A DNA stretch of 49,906 nucleotides from Opitutaceae bacterium (GCA_947471115.1 CANIXX010000001.1:1-49906); one strand, 5' to 3'. Counted from the stretch's first letter, positions 25,695-36,800 are shown. Numbers and translations are program-made. The notes: generated by a model not told the origin, from the letters alone.

Positions 25695-27836
25695 CTACTC
25701 CTCAGCAGCCGGTTTCTTCGGGCGCGGTTTGGCGGTGCCGCCGGTTTTTTTAACCGCACTTTTCGCGGCCTTGGCGTTGAGCCAAACCGAACCGTCCTTT
25801 GGGTTTTTGTTGAGCCAATATATTTCCTCGGCTTGCACCACAAAGGCCGGTTTGTGCTCTGCTGTGGCGGGCAACGCCAGCCCCAGTTCGGTGAGCGTGG
25901 TCAACAGGAGCTGCAAGTCTTGCCCCACTGTTTTCGCCAGATAGCCGGTTTCGGCGGACACGCCGCTGCCGCGCTTGTTCGGCTTGAGCAGTAGTCGCAG
26001 CGCCGTAAGCGCCGCCGCACCGGTCGCAGGCCGCGAGTTCTTGCGTGAGGACGGCTTCGCTGCCGGTTCTTCGGCCGACTCCTGCGCTGGCACGGTGGTA
26101 GTCGACGCAGTTGCTTCGGGTAGTGCGGCTGGCGACTGGTCGGCAGAAGCGCTGGGAGCCGAAGTTGCGGGGTTAGCAACAACAGCGGACTCGATTCCGG
26201 CCGCCGCTGGTTGCTCAGCGGGTGACTCGGGGTCATCTGCTCCGCCTCTTGGAGTGTGGGAATCAAGGGCATGAGGACGGATGGGGCCCTCAGTCCGCTC
26301 GGGTGCCGGGGTTTCGCCCTCAACCTGGGGTTGGATCGAAGCCGGGTTGGCACCTGTCGCTTCGGCTGGGTTCCCCTGGAGGTTGGCATTCGTTTCGGGG
26401 CTGGCGTTGTTCGGTGTTTCGCCTAGGGGGTGGTCTGAATTCGGGGCAGGGGCCTCGTCGCCGTTGATCCAGATGGCACCACGGGGATCTTTGTTTAACC
26501 AGTAAACGTAGGCTCCGAGGGTGGTCTTGATCGTCTTGTCGGTGGGGTTTTCCGGCACCGGAAGCCCCGTGGCGGCGAGGGCGGCGACGAGTTCGGCTTC
26601 GGTGTGTTTGAGGGCGCGGGCGAGGAACACCGTGCTCCCTGAATAGCCGGGGCCACGACGGTTGCGGCGCATGAGCGGGCGGATCGCAGCCAGCAAGTCT
26701 TCGCCGTGCGGTAACGGGGCCGCAGCGGGATCTGTGAGGCGCGCGGCTTCGGTGGAAGCTTGTACGGCGCCTTCGCTCGCTACGGCGACAGGGGCATCGG
26801 CGCCGTTGAGCTGGGGCTGGTTCGGGTCAGCGGTGGACGCCGACTGGAATGACTCGGCTTGGGCGGCTTTGGCCTGAGCGGCGGCGGCGCGGGCTGCGGC
26901 TTGCGCAGCCTGGGCGGCTTCACGCGCAGCTTGGGCGGCGACGCGACGAGCTTCGTTTTCGGCTTGTTGCGCAAGACGGCGGGCCTCGTGTTCGGCGCGG
27001 CGGGCCGCCTGTTCGGCTTCGCGGGCGATGCGCTCGGCTTCGCGCTTGGCTTTCTCGGCCTGCTCGGCGGCGGCTTCTTCGACGAGCAGCGCGGTGGCTG
27101 GATCACTCGGGTCGAGTTTCTTGCCGGCAACGACGCGGTAAACCGGGCGCGGTTTTTCGCGAGTGTTGATGAAAAGCTCGTGGCGGTTGTTCAGATTGAG
27201 CCAGTAAAGGTCGCCCTCGAATTCGAGGTATTCGGGCTCGGCGTCTTCGGTTTCGGGGATGGCAAAACCGCACTCCCTGAGCGCGCCGATCATATCGCCC
27301 TCGGCTTGTTCCCAGCGCTTGGCGAGGAAGGTGACACCGACCGACTGGCCGTTGCCGCGCTGATTTTTGCGCAGGTGAGGTTTGATCGCCTCGAAGAAAT
27401 TGGGCAGGTCGTCGTCGTAGTTATCCCATTCGTCGAGGTCCTCGCCGGCGTGGGCGTCGGGATCGCTGTCGCGTTCGGTGTCGCGCAGTTTGCGGTGAGT
27501 CTCCTCGGTGGCGGCGCGTTCGGAGATGAGCGTCGATGGCTGCTCGGCGGCGGCATCGGTGGACGCAGTGTTGCCCTGGAACTTGGCGGCGAACTCGGCG
27601 CGCAGTTTGTCGGCCTCGATTTTGGCTGCGGCTGCGGCGGCGCTTTCCAAGGTCCAGTCGCGCAAGGTGGTGCGGCGGGCGACCCCGTTGAAGGCCAAAG
27701 CGTTATTAGGTAAATTCTGGTAGCTGATGATCTCCCACTCGTCTTTGCCGAGCTGGTTGAGGTAGGACTCCAGGAGGGCGGAGGTCGCAAAGCCATGCGG
27801 GCCGCTGGTGATGTGCTTATATTCCCAAAGTGACAT
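25695..27836 (-). CDS. Hypothetical protein: DUF4177-like N-terminus, coiled coil, three copies of an ~85-aa domain
   Basis: WEYK...LNQLGKDEWEII N-terminus; NxRGxG...LA...YWLN...[WF][IL]N repeated three times. Confidence 0.75.
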   Translation of the reverse strand: MSLWEYKHITSGPHGFATSALLESYLNQLGKDEWEIISYQNLPNNALAFNGVARRTTLRDWTLESAAAAAAKIEADKLRAEFAAKFQGNTASTDAAAEQPSTLISERAATEETHRKLRDTERDSDPDAHAGEDLDEWDNYDDDLPNFFEAIKPHLRKNQRGNGQSVGVTFLAKRWEQAEGDMIGALRECGFAIPETEDAEPEYLEFEGDLYWLNLNNRHELFINTREKPRPVYRVVAGKKLDPSDPATALLVEEAAAEQAEKAKREAERIAREAEQAARRAEHEARRLAQQAENEARRVAAQAAREAAQAAQAAARAAAAQAKAAQAESFQSASTADPNQPQLNGADAPVAVASEGAVQASTEAARLTDPAAAPLPHGEDLLAAIRPLMRRNRRGPGYSGSTVFLARALKHTEAELVAALAATGLPVPENPTDKTIKTTLGAYVYWLNKDPRGAIWINGDEAPAPNSDHPLGETPNNASPETNANLQGNPAEATGANPASIQPQVEGETPAPERTEGPIRPHALDSHTPRGGADDPESPAEQPAAAGIESAVVANPATSAPSASADQSPAALPEATASTTTVPAQESAEEPAAKPSSRKNSRPATGAAALTALRLLLKPNKRGSGVSAETGYLAKTVGQDLQLLLTTLTELGLALPATAEHKPAFVVQAEEIYWLNKNPKDGSVWLNAKAAKSAVKKTGGTAKPRPKKPAAEE

Positions 27837-27912
27837 AAAAAATGGTGTGCGGGGTAGCGCGGGTAACGCATCCCAAATGCCCAACCCGTTGCCGAGCCTA
27901 TAATGTGCGCAG

Positions 27913-29037
27913 CTACTTGGTGACTGCCGCCAAAAACCACTCCAGCGCGTACCACGATAACTGCCCCGACGGCCCGCGCGGATTGAAATCGCAGGCGTGG
28001 GTGGCCCACGGCAGCGACACCAGCGCGTTGGGCACCCCTAGGGTGTCGAGCTTGTTGTGTAAGCGCGCGCTCAACTGGTGCCACACCAGCGAGTCCTGAT
28101 GGCCGTGGACGAGTAGGGTGGGCACCGCGTTTTCCCGGTTCACGATGAGGTAACCCGAGGAGGTTCGATAGGCCTCCGGGGCGCTTTCCGGCGGGCCGCC
28201 GAGGAATTGGCGCAGGATCTTGATCGCGTTGAGCCAATCGTCTTCGCGCGAAATCCCCCATTCGAAGACCTGATCGTTGGGCCCGTAAAAGGAGACCGCC
28301 CCGCGCACCGGCAGCTCCTTGCGTCCGTAGGCGAGGGCGGTGGCCAGTTGCCCGCCCGCCGAACGCCCCATCAGCACTAGGCGCGTGGGGTCGATCGCCA
28401 GCGTCGCAGCGTGGACGCGCAAGTGGTTAATGGCACTCGCGATGTCGTCTGCTTGGCCCGGCCATACCGTTCCCGGGGCCAGTCTATAACTCACCGCCGC
28501 CACTGCATAGCCGCGGTGGGCGAGGTGGTGGTTTAAGTCGGGCAACTGGTGCCTGTCGCCTGCCTCCCAGCTGCCGCCGTGGATCATCACCACGCAAGGC
28601 GCCGGCCCGGCACGCCCCTCAGCTCGGTAAAAATCCAGCGCCAGCCCTCCGGTGATCGTGTAGGTTTCCACCACCACCGACGGATTCCTCGGAGCAATCA
28701 ATCGGCTGAACGAAAATGGCGGGTGGTCCATGTCCACCGGACCAAATGCGGTCGTCAGTTTTTTCGGTAAGCCACGACTAATCCATGCGGCCTGCAGCAC
28801 CGGCCTGAGCAGGGCCAGCACGCCAACCCCGCTCAGCAGCAGAATTTCGTTGCTCCAAGGGCCGCCGTCCCACCAAGCCGCCGCACCCGTTAGCAGCGGC
28901 ACCGCTGCCAGAAAATGGCCAAATTCACCGGTAATTACGGCGGTTTTCCAAAGCGCCAACGTGGGCACTCGCCACCAGGTGATCGAGGCGACCCCCGCCC
29001 AGACCATGGCCAAAATAAAGAGGAGACCGTACCACAC
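27913..29037 (-). CDS. Membrane-anchored alpha/beta hydrolase (HSL/BD-FAE-like esterase)
   Basis: HGGSW, YRLAP, GRSAGG nucleophile elbow, HGHQD, H of ATHACD. Confidence 0.88.
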   Translation of the reverse strand: MWYGLLFILAMVWAGVASITWWRVPTLALWKTAVITGEFGHFLAAVPLLTGAAAWWDGGPWSNEILLLSGVGVLALLRPVLQAAWISRGLPKKLTTAFGPVDMDHPPFSFSRLIAPRNPSVVVETYTITGGLALDFYRAEGRAGPAPCVVMIHGGSWEAGDRHQLPDLNHHLAHRGYAVAAVSYRLAPGTVWPGQADDIASAINHLRVHAATLAIDPTRLVLMGRSAGGQLATALAYGRKELPVRGAVSFYGPNDQVFEWGISREDDWLNAIKILRQFLGGPPESAPEAYRTSSGYLIVNRENAVPTLLVHGHQDSLVWHQLSARLHNKLDTLGVPNALVSLPWATHACDFNPRGPSGQLSWYALEWFLAAVTK

Positions 29038-29131
29038 GGGCCAATGTACGAACCCTCGTCGGCCGCAGCAAATGGCGGCGACGAAATTAGCTCCGGGTTA
29101 TAACTTACAGATAGTTGGTAGTCACATTCGA

Positions 29132-29260
29132 AGTGTCGGATTGATCTCTGAGGTAGTGCGGTGCTTTAGCCCGCAGGTTTGAACGGATTCTCTTATGCAA
29201 GCGCCGATGCGGGCTGAAGCACCGCGCTACTTTTTTATCCGATACTCTAAAGTTTACAGC
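29132..29260. repeat. GTAG-type REP doublet (REPIN-like), copy 2
   Basis: GTAGTGCGGTGCTTTAGCCCGCA (from 29153) ... TGCGGGCTGAAGCACCGCGCTAC (to 29230); outer AGTGTCGGAT/ATCCGATACT. Confidence 0.85.
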
Positions 29261-29340
29261 CCACTCGTTTTCACGTTTTGGGGCTTAGGTTATTGTCTTA
29301 TGTAACCATTTGACTACTAGCTTATAATGCCTGCCGCTGT

Positions 29341-30414
29341 CTACGCTTTCCAGCGTTTCTGAACCAACGGCAGGCGCAACACCACCCGGGTACCTTTACC
29401 AACGCGGCTGCTCACCTTCAGCCCGCCCCCCATGTGCACCACCCTCTCGCGGATACTCAACAGTCCGAACCCACCATCGGCAGTCTCAACCTGCCGACGC
29501 GTGCGCACGCCCTTGCCGTTATCGTCCACCGTCAGCACCAGCTCGCCGGCCTTCAGTTTTAGTCCAACCGCCACCGACTGAGCTCCGGCGTGTTTGCCCA
29601 CATTGATTAAAAACTCGCGCGCGGAACGCAGTACCAGTTGCGCCACTTTTTCCGGCACCGACTTGTGCCCGATCTCAACACAGACTCGCACCGTTATGCC
29701 GAAACGCTGCGCCTGTTGTTCACCCAGATTTTGCAGGGCGGCCGCCAATCCCAGTTCACGGAGCAGGGGTGGACTGAGCTGCGCCATTAGGCCGCGGGAC
29801 TCCTTCAACGCCGTCTCCACCAAAGCACACACCGCGCCCAAGGCCGGCGGGGCCACCGCGCCCCCGAGATCCCGCGTCAATTCCCCGAGTTGCATGCGGC
29901 ACAACGCCAGGGTTTGCACCACTTGATCGTGCACCTCGCAGGCCAGCTTCAGCCGCTCCTCAGCCTCGGTGCGCATGAGCCGCTCCGCCAGCACTTGGAG
30001 CTGGCGCTGATGCCTCAAGATGCGCGCCTGCTCCCTGCGCTGGTGGGTCACGTCCTCCTGAACACCGATGTAATGCGTTAGCACGCCCTGCGCGTCGATA
30101 AGCGGCGTCAGACTCAGATCGCTCCAAAACAGCGTCCCGTCCTTGCGGTAGTTGCGCAGGGTAACGCGTACCGGTTGCCCCGCCTCGCGAGCCGCACGGA
30201 TGGTTTTAACCCCCGCCTGCTTGCGATCCGTCCCCTGCATCAACCGGCAATTGCGGCCAATTAACTCATCGCGACTGTACCCGGTCATCGCTTCGAAGGC
30301 CTGGTTTACATACACCAGAGGTAGGTCTGGCTTGCGTGCATCGGCTATCGTAAAGCCGTGGCGCGCGTGGCTCAGGCAGCGTCGCAAGACCTCGATTGGG
30401 AGGAGGTGCGGCAT
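29341..30414 (-). CDS. LOV-domain histidine kinase (HisKA_3 / NarX-like transmitter)
   Basis: YVNQAFEAMTGYS, GRNCRLMQG, NYRKDG, IGVQEDVT; EVHDQVVQTL H-box; NVGKHA, DDNGKG, GFGLLSIRER. Confidence 0.88.
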   Translation of the reverse strand: MPHLLPIEVLRRCLSHARHGFTIADARKPDLPLVYVNQAFEAMTGYSRDELIGRNCRLMQGTDRKQAGVKTIRAAREAGQPVRVTLRNYRKDGTLFWSDLSLTPLIDAQGVLTHYIGVQEDVTHQRREQARILRHQRQLQVLAERLMRTEAEERLKLACEVHDQVVQTLALCRMQLGELTRDLGGAVAPPALGAVCALVETALKESRGLMAQLSPPLLRELGLAAALQNLGEQQAQRFGITVRVCVEIGHKSVPEKVAQLVLRSAREFLINVGKHAGAQSVAVGLKLKAGELVLTVDDNGKGVRTRRQVETADGGFGLLSIRERVVHMGGGLKVSSRVGKGTRVVLRLPLVQKRWKA

Positions 30415-30418
30415 CGGC

Positions 30419-31042
30419 TCAGAGTTGGGCGATGCCCTCACGCAGGGCGATGCGCGTGAGATCGGCCAACGTGCCGACGTTGAGCTTGCGCTGGAGGTTG
30501 GCGCGGTGCACGTCGACGGTCTTCGAGCTCAGCTGGAGCGAAAAAGCGATCTCCTTGGCGGTGGCGCCCTCGGCTAGCATTTGCAGCACCTCGCGCTCGC
30601 GTGGCGTGAGCGAACCGGTCAACCCGGCCACATCCCCATCGAGTTCGCCAAGCTGAGGACTAAAATAAGCCTCCCGCCGGCTGGCGGCGGCGATCGCAAG
30701 TGGGAGTTGGTCAAAAGCGTGTTCCTTGAGCACGTAGGCGTCGGCCCCGGCATCACGGGTGCCGCGCACGAGGTGGCGCTCGGTGTGCATCGAAATCATC
30801 ACGATGCCCCGGCGATAACCGCGTTCGCGCAACTGGCGGGTGGCTTCCATGCCGTTGAGCAAGGGCAGCCCCATATCCATGAGGACCACGTCGGGTTTCT
30901 CGGCCAAAACCAGCTCGACGCCCGCGCGCCCGTCGGCGGCCTCGCCAATCACGCTCATTCCCTTGGTGTGTGCCATCAACGCCCGCAATGCGTCGCGGAT
31001 GATTTTGTGGTCATCGATAATAATCAGGGTCGTCACAGTCAC
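30419..31042 (-). CDS. NarL/LuxR family response regulator
   Basis: IIDDH, DVVLMDM, YVLK; LTPREREVLQMLAEG...IAFSLQLSSKTVDVHR. Confidence 0.93.
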   Translation of the reverse strand: MTVTTLIIIDDHKIIRDALRALMAHTKGMSVIGEAADGRAGVELVLAEKPDVVLMDMGLPLLNGMEATRQLRERGYRRGIVMISMHTERHLVRGTRDAGADAYVLKEHAFDQLPLAIAAASRREAYFSPQLGELDGDVAGLTGSLTPREREVLQMLAEGATAKEIAFSLQLSSKTVDVHRANLQRKLNVGTLADLTRIALREGIAQL

Positions 31043-31224
31043 TTGGGTTAAACCCCAACCTGCCTGCCTCTGGAATGCAAGGGCGGAGCCGTGCGCCCCC
31101 CGCTCCGGTGATCCGATTACCCAAAGTCGCCTAAAACGGTGTCGCTGAAAATCCCTACCCTGTCTGGCAAACGACGTGCTTGCGCCTAACGGTCGCCCCC
31201 TTTGTTTTATCCACTCCGTCTTTC

Positions 31225-33771
31225 ATGTCGTCCGTTCGGTCGCTCCACTTTCCCTCGCTTCATCCGGCGCAACTCCGCCCGTTGCGCACGCGGTTGCGCG
31301 CGTCCATTCGCGATGCAGGCTTAACTGACTTTGGGGTGGCCGCTGGCCCCGCCGGACTGCCGTTCTGGGAGCTCGAGCCCACCCCGTTGGTGATCGAGGC
31401 CCCTGAGTGGGCATTACTCGAAGCCGCCCTGCGCCAACGCGCCCATTTCATCAACGCGCTGCTGGTCGACCTTTACGGCGGCCAACAGGCGCTGCACCAG
31501 GGAATCATCCCTCCCGAACTCGTCCTGGCCAACCCGTATTACCGCCGCCCTTGTCTCGGTCTTGAGCCCACCCGGCAGAGCCCGGCCACCCTGCTGCGCT
31601 TCGACTTGGTCAAAACCACCGACGGCTGGCTGTTCGACGACGTCCACACCAACACCCCCATCGGCCTGAGCTATGCGGTGCAAAACCGCCGCTTCATGAC
31701 CCAGGAGGCGGGCGAGCTGTACCGCGCGTTGCCCGACTACCACAGCGTCATCAATTTCCCGTTACAACTGCTCGATCACCTCCGCGCGCTGGCCCCCGAC
31801 TCGGTGAGCGCGCCGTCGATTGTGGTACTCACTGCCGGCCCGCATGACCCGTTCTACTCCGAACACAGTTTCCTCGCCCGTAAAATGGGCCTGCCGCTGG
31901 CCCGCGGCGACGACCTGCTGGTGCTCGATAACCGCGTCTATTTCAAAACCATCGCCGGGCTGGAACGCGTCGACGTGATCTATCGCCGCCTCAACGACGC
32001 CCACATCGACCCGGTTGTTTTCTCCACCGACCGTGAAAACGCCGGTATCCCCGGCCTACTCCAATGCATCCGTTCGGGCCGGGTGGTGGTCGCCAACGCG
32101 ATTGGCACCGGTGTGGCCGAGAGCCGCGCGCTCAACGCGTTTGCCCCGCGCTTGCTGCGCTTTTACCTAGGCGAAAAGCCCCTGCTGGGATCGGTTCCTA
32201 CGTTCACCTGCGGCGACACCGACCACCTCGATTACATCTTGGAAAACCGCGACCGCCTGCGCATCCAGCCCACCCACGATGCGCGTATTGGCGATTGGCT
32301 GTCCCCCGCCACGACTCGTGCGCCAGCCGCTCAGCCCGTCGCCCTACTTGGCCCAGATGGCCTGGCTCCGATCGTGCGCGCCAACCCGCACGCCTTCGTT
32401 GCCCGGCCGCGCCTGCAACTGCTGCCCGTAAGCTCCGGCCCGCGTAACGCACCTCCGGCCCGCTTGAGCGCATTCGTACTCTGCCAAGGTAAACACTTCT
32501 CGGTTTTCCCTGGCGGCTTGGTCCACATCAGCGCCGCTGAACCCAACCCTGCCCGCATCGGCATCACCGCCGACACCGTTGTTCTCATCGATACCCAGGC
32601 CAACTCCGGCGACATCGCCGATCACGAGTTGCCCAGCGGTGGCGTGCAAACCCATACCCTCGGTTCCCGGGCCGCAGAAAATTTGTGCTGGCTCGGCCGT
32701 TACCTGGAACGTGCTGAGGCCACCGCACGCATGTTGTCGATTTTGGAGGACGTGTCGCTAGAGGAGATTTCCGCGCGCGACCGGCGCCGCTGGCTGCCGC
32801 TGTGGCGCGGCCTGCTTGAAGCCACCGGACACACCGACCACAAGATCAGCGCCCGGGCCAATCCCCACGCTTCGCTTTCCACCGACCTGATGTGGCGCAT
32901 GTCACTGGACGCGGCCAACTCCAGCTCCATTTACTCCTCGGTGAGCTGGGCGGTGGAAAATGCACGTCAACTGCGCGACTACGTGAGCCCCGAGGTCTGG
33001 ACCACGCTTGGGCGGTTGCAACGCCGCCTCGATGAGCTGCTCCAGCAAAGGCCCGCCGCAGGCCGTCGCCTTAATCTGCACGCGGCCCGCGACCCCTCTC
33101 TGCCCGCCCAGGCGGTGCAAGCCGTGCTCACGGAAATCAACGCCATCATTGGTCTGGCCGAACGCACCATGGTTCAGGACGCGGGCTGGCACTTTTTGCA
33201 CATCGGCATGCACCTGGAGCGAGCCACCATGACCTGTAGTGCACTGCGCCACGTGCTCGGTGCGCTCGACACCGCCGCCACTGCTGCCAAGGAGCCCGTC
33301 GGCCCGGCCGAGGCCCGTACGCCGTACCGCGACAACCCCGAACTCTCGGCGCTGTTGCGTATGCTCGGCTCCCAGGACGCCTATCGCCGACTTTATCAGA
33401 TGCGCAGTCAACCACGCCGGGTGGCCGAGTTGTTCCTGCAACAACCTGACGCGCCCCGCAGCATTTTCCACAATCTTCACCAGATCAAAACCAGCCTGCG
33501 TTCGATCCGGCAGGATCTCGGTGAGGCCTGCGAAGGTCCGATGGTCGCGACCGTAGCCGAGTTATTACAATTCATTGCCAAGGTCAGGTTGGAGGGGCAC
33601 TTCACCGACGAATTGGCTACGGGTGCGGCAGCCACGGGTAAACTCAGCGATATTCTGGCCACGTTACTCGACCGCCTTTACCGCCTGCACCCCGTTTTGA
33701 GCGACCACTACTTCAGCCACCAAGCCCTCATCGCGCCCAAGGCGGCACCTCAGGCCGAGTTCAAGCTGTAG
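31225..33771 (+). CDS. Circularly permuted type 2 ATP-grasp / alpha-E domain fusion
   Basis: FLARKMG, VDVIYRR, GIPGLL, VANAIGTGVAE; SRAAENLCWLGRYLERAE and GMHLERA alpha-E motifs. Confidence 0.88.
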   Translation: MSSVRSLHFPSLHPAQLRPLRTRLRASIRDAGLTDFGVAAGPAGLPFWELEPTPLVIEAPEWALLEAALRQRAHFINALLVDLYGGQQALHQGIIPPELVLANPYYRRPCLGLEPTRQSPATLLRFDLVKTTDGWLFDDVHTNTPIGLSYAVQNRRFMTQEAGELYRALPDYHSVINFPLQLLDHLRALAPDSVSAPSIVVLTAGPHDPFYSEHSFLARKMGLPLARGDDLLVLDNRVYFKTIAGLERVDVIYRRLNDAHIDPVVFSTDRENAGIPGLLQCIRSGRVVVANAIGTGVAESRALNAFAPRLLRFYLGEKPLLGSVPTFTCGDTDHLDYILENRDRLRIQPTHDARIGDWLSPATTRAPAAQPVALLGPDGLAPIVRANPHAFVARPRLQLLPVSSGPRNAPPARLSAFVLCQGKHFSVFPGGLVHISAAEPNPARIGITADTVVLIDTQANSGDIADHELPSGGVQTHTLGSRAAENLCWLGRYLERAEATARMLSILEDVSLEEISARDRRRWLPLWRGLLEATGHTDHKISARANPHASLSTDLMWRMSLDAANSSSIYSSVSWAVENARQLRDYVSPEVWTTLGRLQRRLDELLQQRPAAGRRLNLHAARDPSLPAQAVQAVLTEINAIIGLAERTMVQDAGWHFLHIGMHLERATMTCSALRHVLGALDTAATAAKEPVGPAEARTPYRDNPELSALLRMLGSQDAYRRLYQMRSQPRRVAELFLQQPDAPRSIFHNLHQIKTSLRSIRQDLGEACEGPMVATVAELLQFIAKVRLEGHFTDELATGAAATGKLSDILATLLDRLYRLHPVLSDHYFSHQALIAPKAAPQAEFKL

Positions 33772-33803
33772 CAGCGGCAGGCCGAAAAAGTAGCGCAAAC
33801 CGC

Positions 33804-36800
33804 TCAACCCTGCGGGTCATCCATCACCGCACGGATCGCCTTGGCCAGTTCGGTCAACCGGTAGGGTTTCGCCACCATGCCGTTAAATCCGTGGGCGCGG
33901 AAGTTCGCCATGATCGGGTCGCTCGAATAGCCGCTGGACACCAACCCCTTTACGCTCGGATCGCGTTTACGCAGCTCCAGCATTGCCTCCTTGCCACCCA
34001 TGCCTCCGGGCACGGTCAGATCCATGATCACCAGATCGAAGCGCGCATGTGCGGCCAGCGCCTCGAAGTAGAGAGAGAGAGCCTCCTGGCCGTCGACGGC
34101 GAGCACCACCCGAAAGCCGAGTCTTTGCAGCAGCGCCGACACCATCAATCGAATCGGCTCTTCATCATCCATGAATAAAACCCGCCCCGTGTAAGTCTGC
34201 GGCGCGGGGGCGACTTCATTGGGCACCGCGATGACACCTGGAACCGCCGGCAACCAAAACCTGAAACGGGTGCCGCGGCCCAACTCGGATTCGGCCTCGA
34301 TATGTCCGGAGTGCCGGCGAATGATCGAATAGACCATGGCAAGACCCAGTCCGTTGCCTGACTTTTTTGTAGTAAAGTAAGGCTCGAAAATATGTGGCAG
34401 GTTTTCGGCCGGGATTCCCTCACCCGTATCCTGAAGGGTAACGCACAGGTACTCGCCCGCACCCAGCTGAGCGACCGTTGCCTGCCCGAGGCGTTGGTTG
34501 GCCAACCCTATCTGGATCACCCCGCCCTCGGGCATGGCCTGAACGGCATTTAGCACCAGGTTTTGCACCACCTGCCCGATTTGGCCCTTGTCCACATCGG
34601 CCGTCCACAAGCCCTCATCAATGGTGAAGTCGCACCGCGCCTTCGATCCATGTAGCGCAAACTGGGCCGCCTCTTTGATGATGTCTGGCAGGTTCACGGC
34701 GGAGCGCACCGGCTCACCGCCTCGAGCAAAGGTCAGTAATTGATGCGTCAGGTCGCGCGCCCGCATCACCCCGACTTCAGCGTTCTGCAACCAGCGCCCG
34801 GCCGCAGCCATTACCTTCTCATCAAGCATCGCCAGCGTGATGTTACCCATCACCACCGTGAGCAGGTTGTTAAAATCATGGGCGATGCCGCCAGCTAGAA
34901 CGCCCACCGATTCCAACTTCGACGCCCTTAGGATCTCGGCTTCCAGCCGAGCCCGCTCGGTGACATCGCGCAAAACCAGCACCGCGCCAATCGCCTGGTT
35001 GTGCAAATCATGAATCGGCGCGCACCGGCCCTCAACCAGCCTCGGCGTGGCTGTGCGATCGAACAGCGCGGTGCGCGCCGGCAGGTCGGCAACCCGGTCG
35101 CTGCTAATCGCCGCTTCGGCGAGCGGTGGCAGCGCCTGCCGACTCTTTTCATGGCGCAGCACACAGACTTCCTCCAGCAACCGGCCCATTGCCGTAGTGG
35201 CGGTCCATCCCGTCAGCTCACACGCAGCCTCATTCAAAAACAGCACGCGTCCCTGCACATCGGTGGTGATAACGCTCTCGGCCATCGCCCGCAGTGTCAC
35301 CGCGAGGCGTTCACGCTCGGAGGCCAGAGCCGCCTCGGTGCGCTTGATGTCGGTGAGGTCCACCAGCACGACCTGCGACCAAGCGTAGTTCGGCTCGCCG
35401 CCCAACGACGGTACCCACCAGCGGTAAAATACCCGGCGCGGCGTACCATCGATCGCGTTAATCTGCATCTCGCCCTCGATGGCGGTGCGCCCGTCCCAGA
35501 GCGCCTGGCAAAGGGCACGGCGAACCATCACCACATCTCGGGTGACAATGCGCGAAAGGGATGCGAACACCTCGGCCTTATCGGCGGCCCCGACCAATCG
35601 GAAGGTCGCGTTGTTAACCCCTGTGAGCACCACCCCGTTAAGCGTGTGGTTAAAAACCTCGGGGTGCGCATCGGCATAGGTGTTGAAATCCGCCACACCC
35701 TCCGCACGCAAACCAGCCAACCACGCACGCAGGCCGCGCAGGTCGTACTCGATGATCGCCACCGGCGAGTTCTCAAAGAGCACGCGGTACCGCGCCTCGG
35801 AGGCGCGCAGTTGGTCCTCGCCCCGCTTACGCTCGTCGATGTCGGTATGCGAGCCCACCATACGGATCGGTTTGTCCGACAAGTCGAACAGCGCCATGGC
35901 CTGCGAGCGAATCCACTTATAGTGACCGTCTTTGCAGCGCATGCGGAATTCCGCCGCGTAACTGGGGCTCTTGCCGGCCAAATAGGCCTGTAACTTCGAC
36001 TTCACGTCCTTGGCGTCATCGGGATGGATGCGTGGCCAGAAATCCTCGCCCGGGTTGACCATCTCGGTGCTGGAATATCCGATTATTTCCTGCCAGCGCT
36101 CGGACACAAACGTCTCCTTGGTGGCGAAATCAAACTCCCAGATGCCCGCGTTAATGCCCATCACCGCCAGCCGCCAGCGATCCTCCACGTCCTGCAGTTT
36201 ACCCTCGGCCGCGCGCAACCCGCTCAGGTCGGTGAACGCGACTTGTACCCGGCTGTAATCAGGGTGCCCCTCCACCACCGGCGCACTCCAGTGCATCAAA
36301 CTGTGGCCCGGCAGGCCGTCGAACCCGCGATTGTTAAGCTCGCGGGTCATCTCGGATTCACCCGCCCACAGGCACTTTAACTGCGCCACAAATGCCGCCA
36401 GCGCATCCGGCGTAGGCTCGCTGCGCAGGCTGGCCACGTAGTCGGCCACATTGGCCACGCCGCTCAAGCGTAGCACGATCCGGTTAGCGTCCACCACCCG
36501 CACCTGCTTGAACTGCTCGGCCACCATGGCCGGGTGTGCCAGTAGAAACGCATCAAGGTCGATCAGGCTGCGCCGGCGCAGTTCGTTTAACCACGCAGTT
36601 ACAGCCGAGAAGTCCGTCTCCACGATAGCTACCGGCGCGTGTTCAAAGAGGCTGCGTAACCGGACTTCAGAAGCATGCAGCGCTTGCCTATGACGGCCCA
36701 CCTGGCTGCGCAATCTGGCATTGAGCCACCAAGCCAGCGGCACGCCCAGAGCCAGCACACCCACGGCTGGAACGATCCACGGCACCAACAGATCAGCCAT

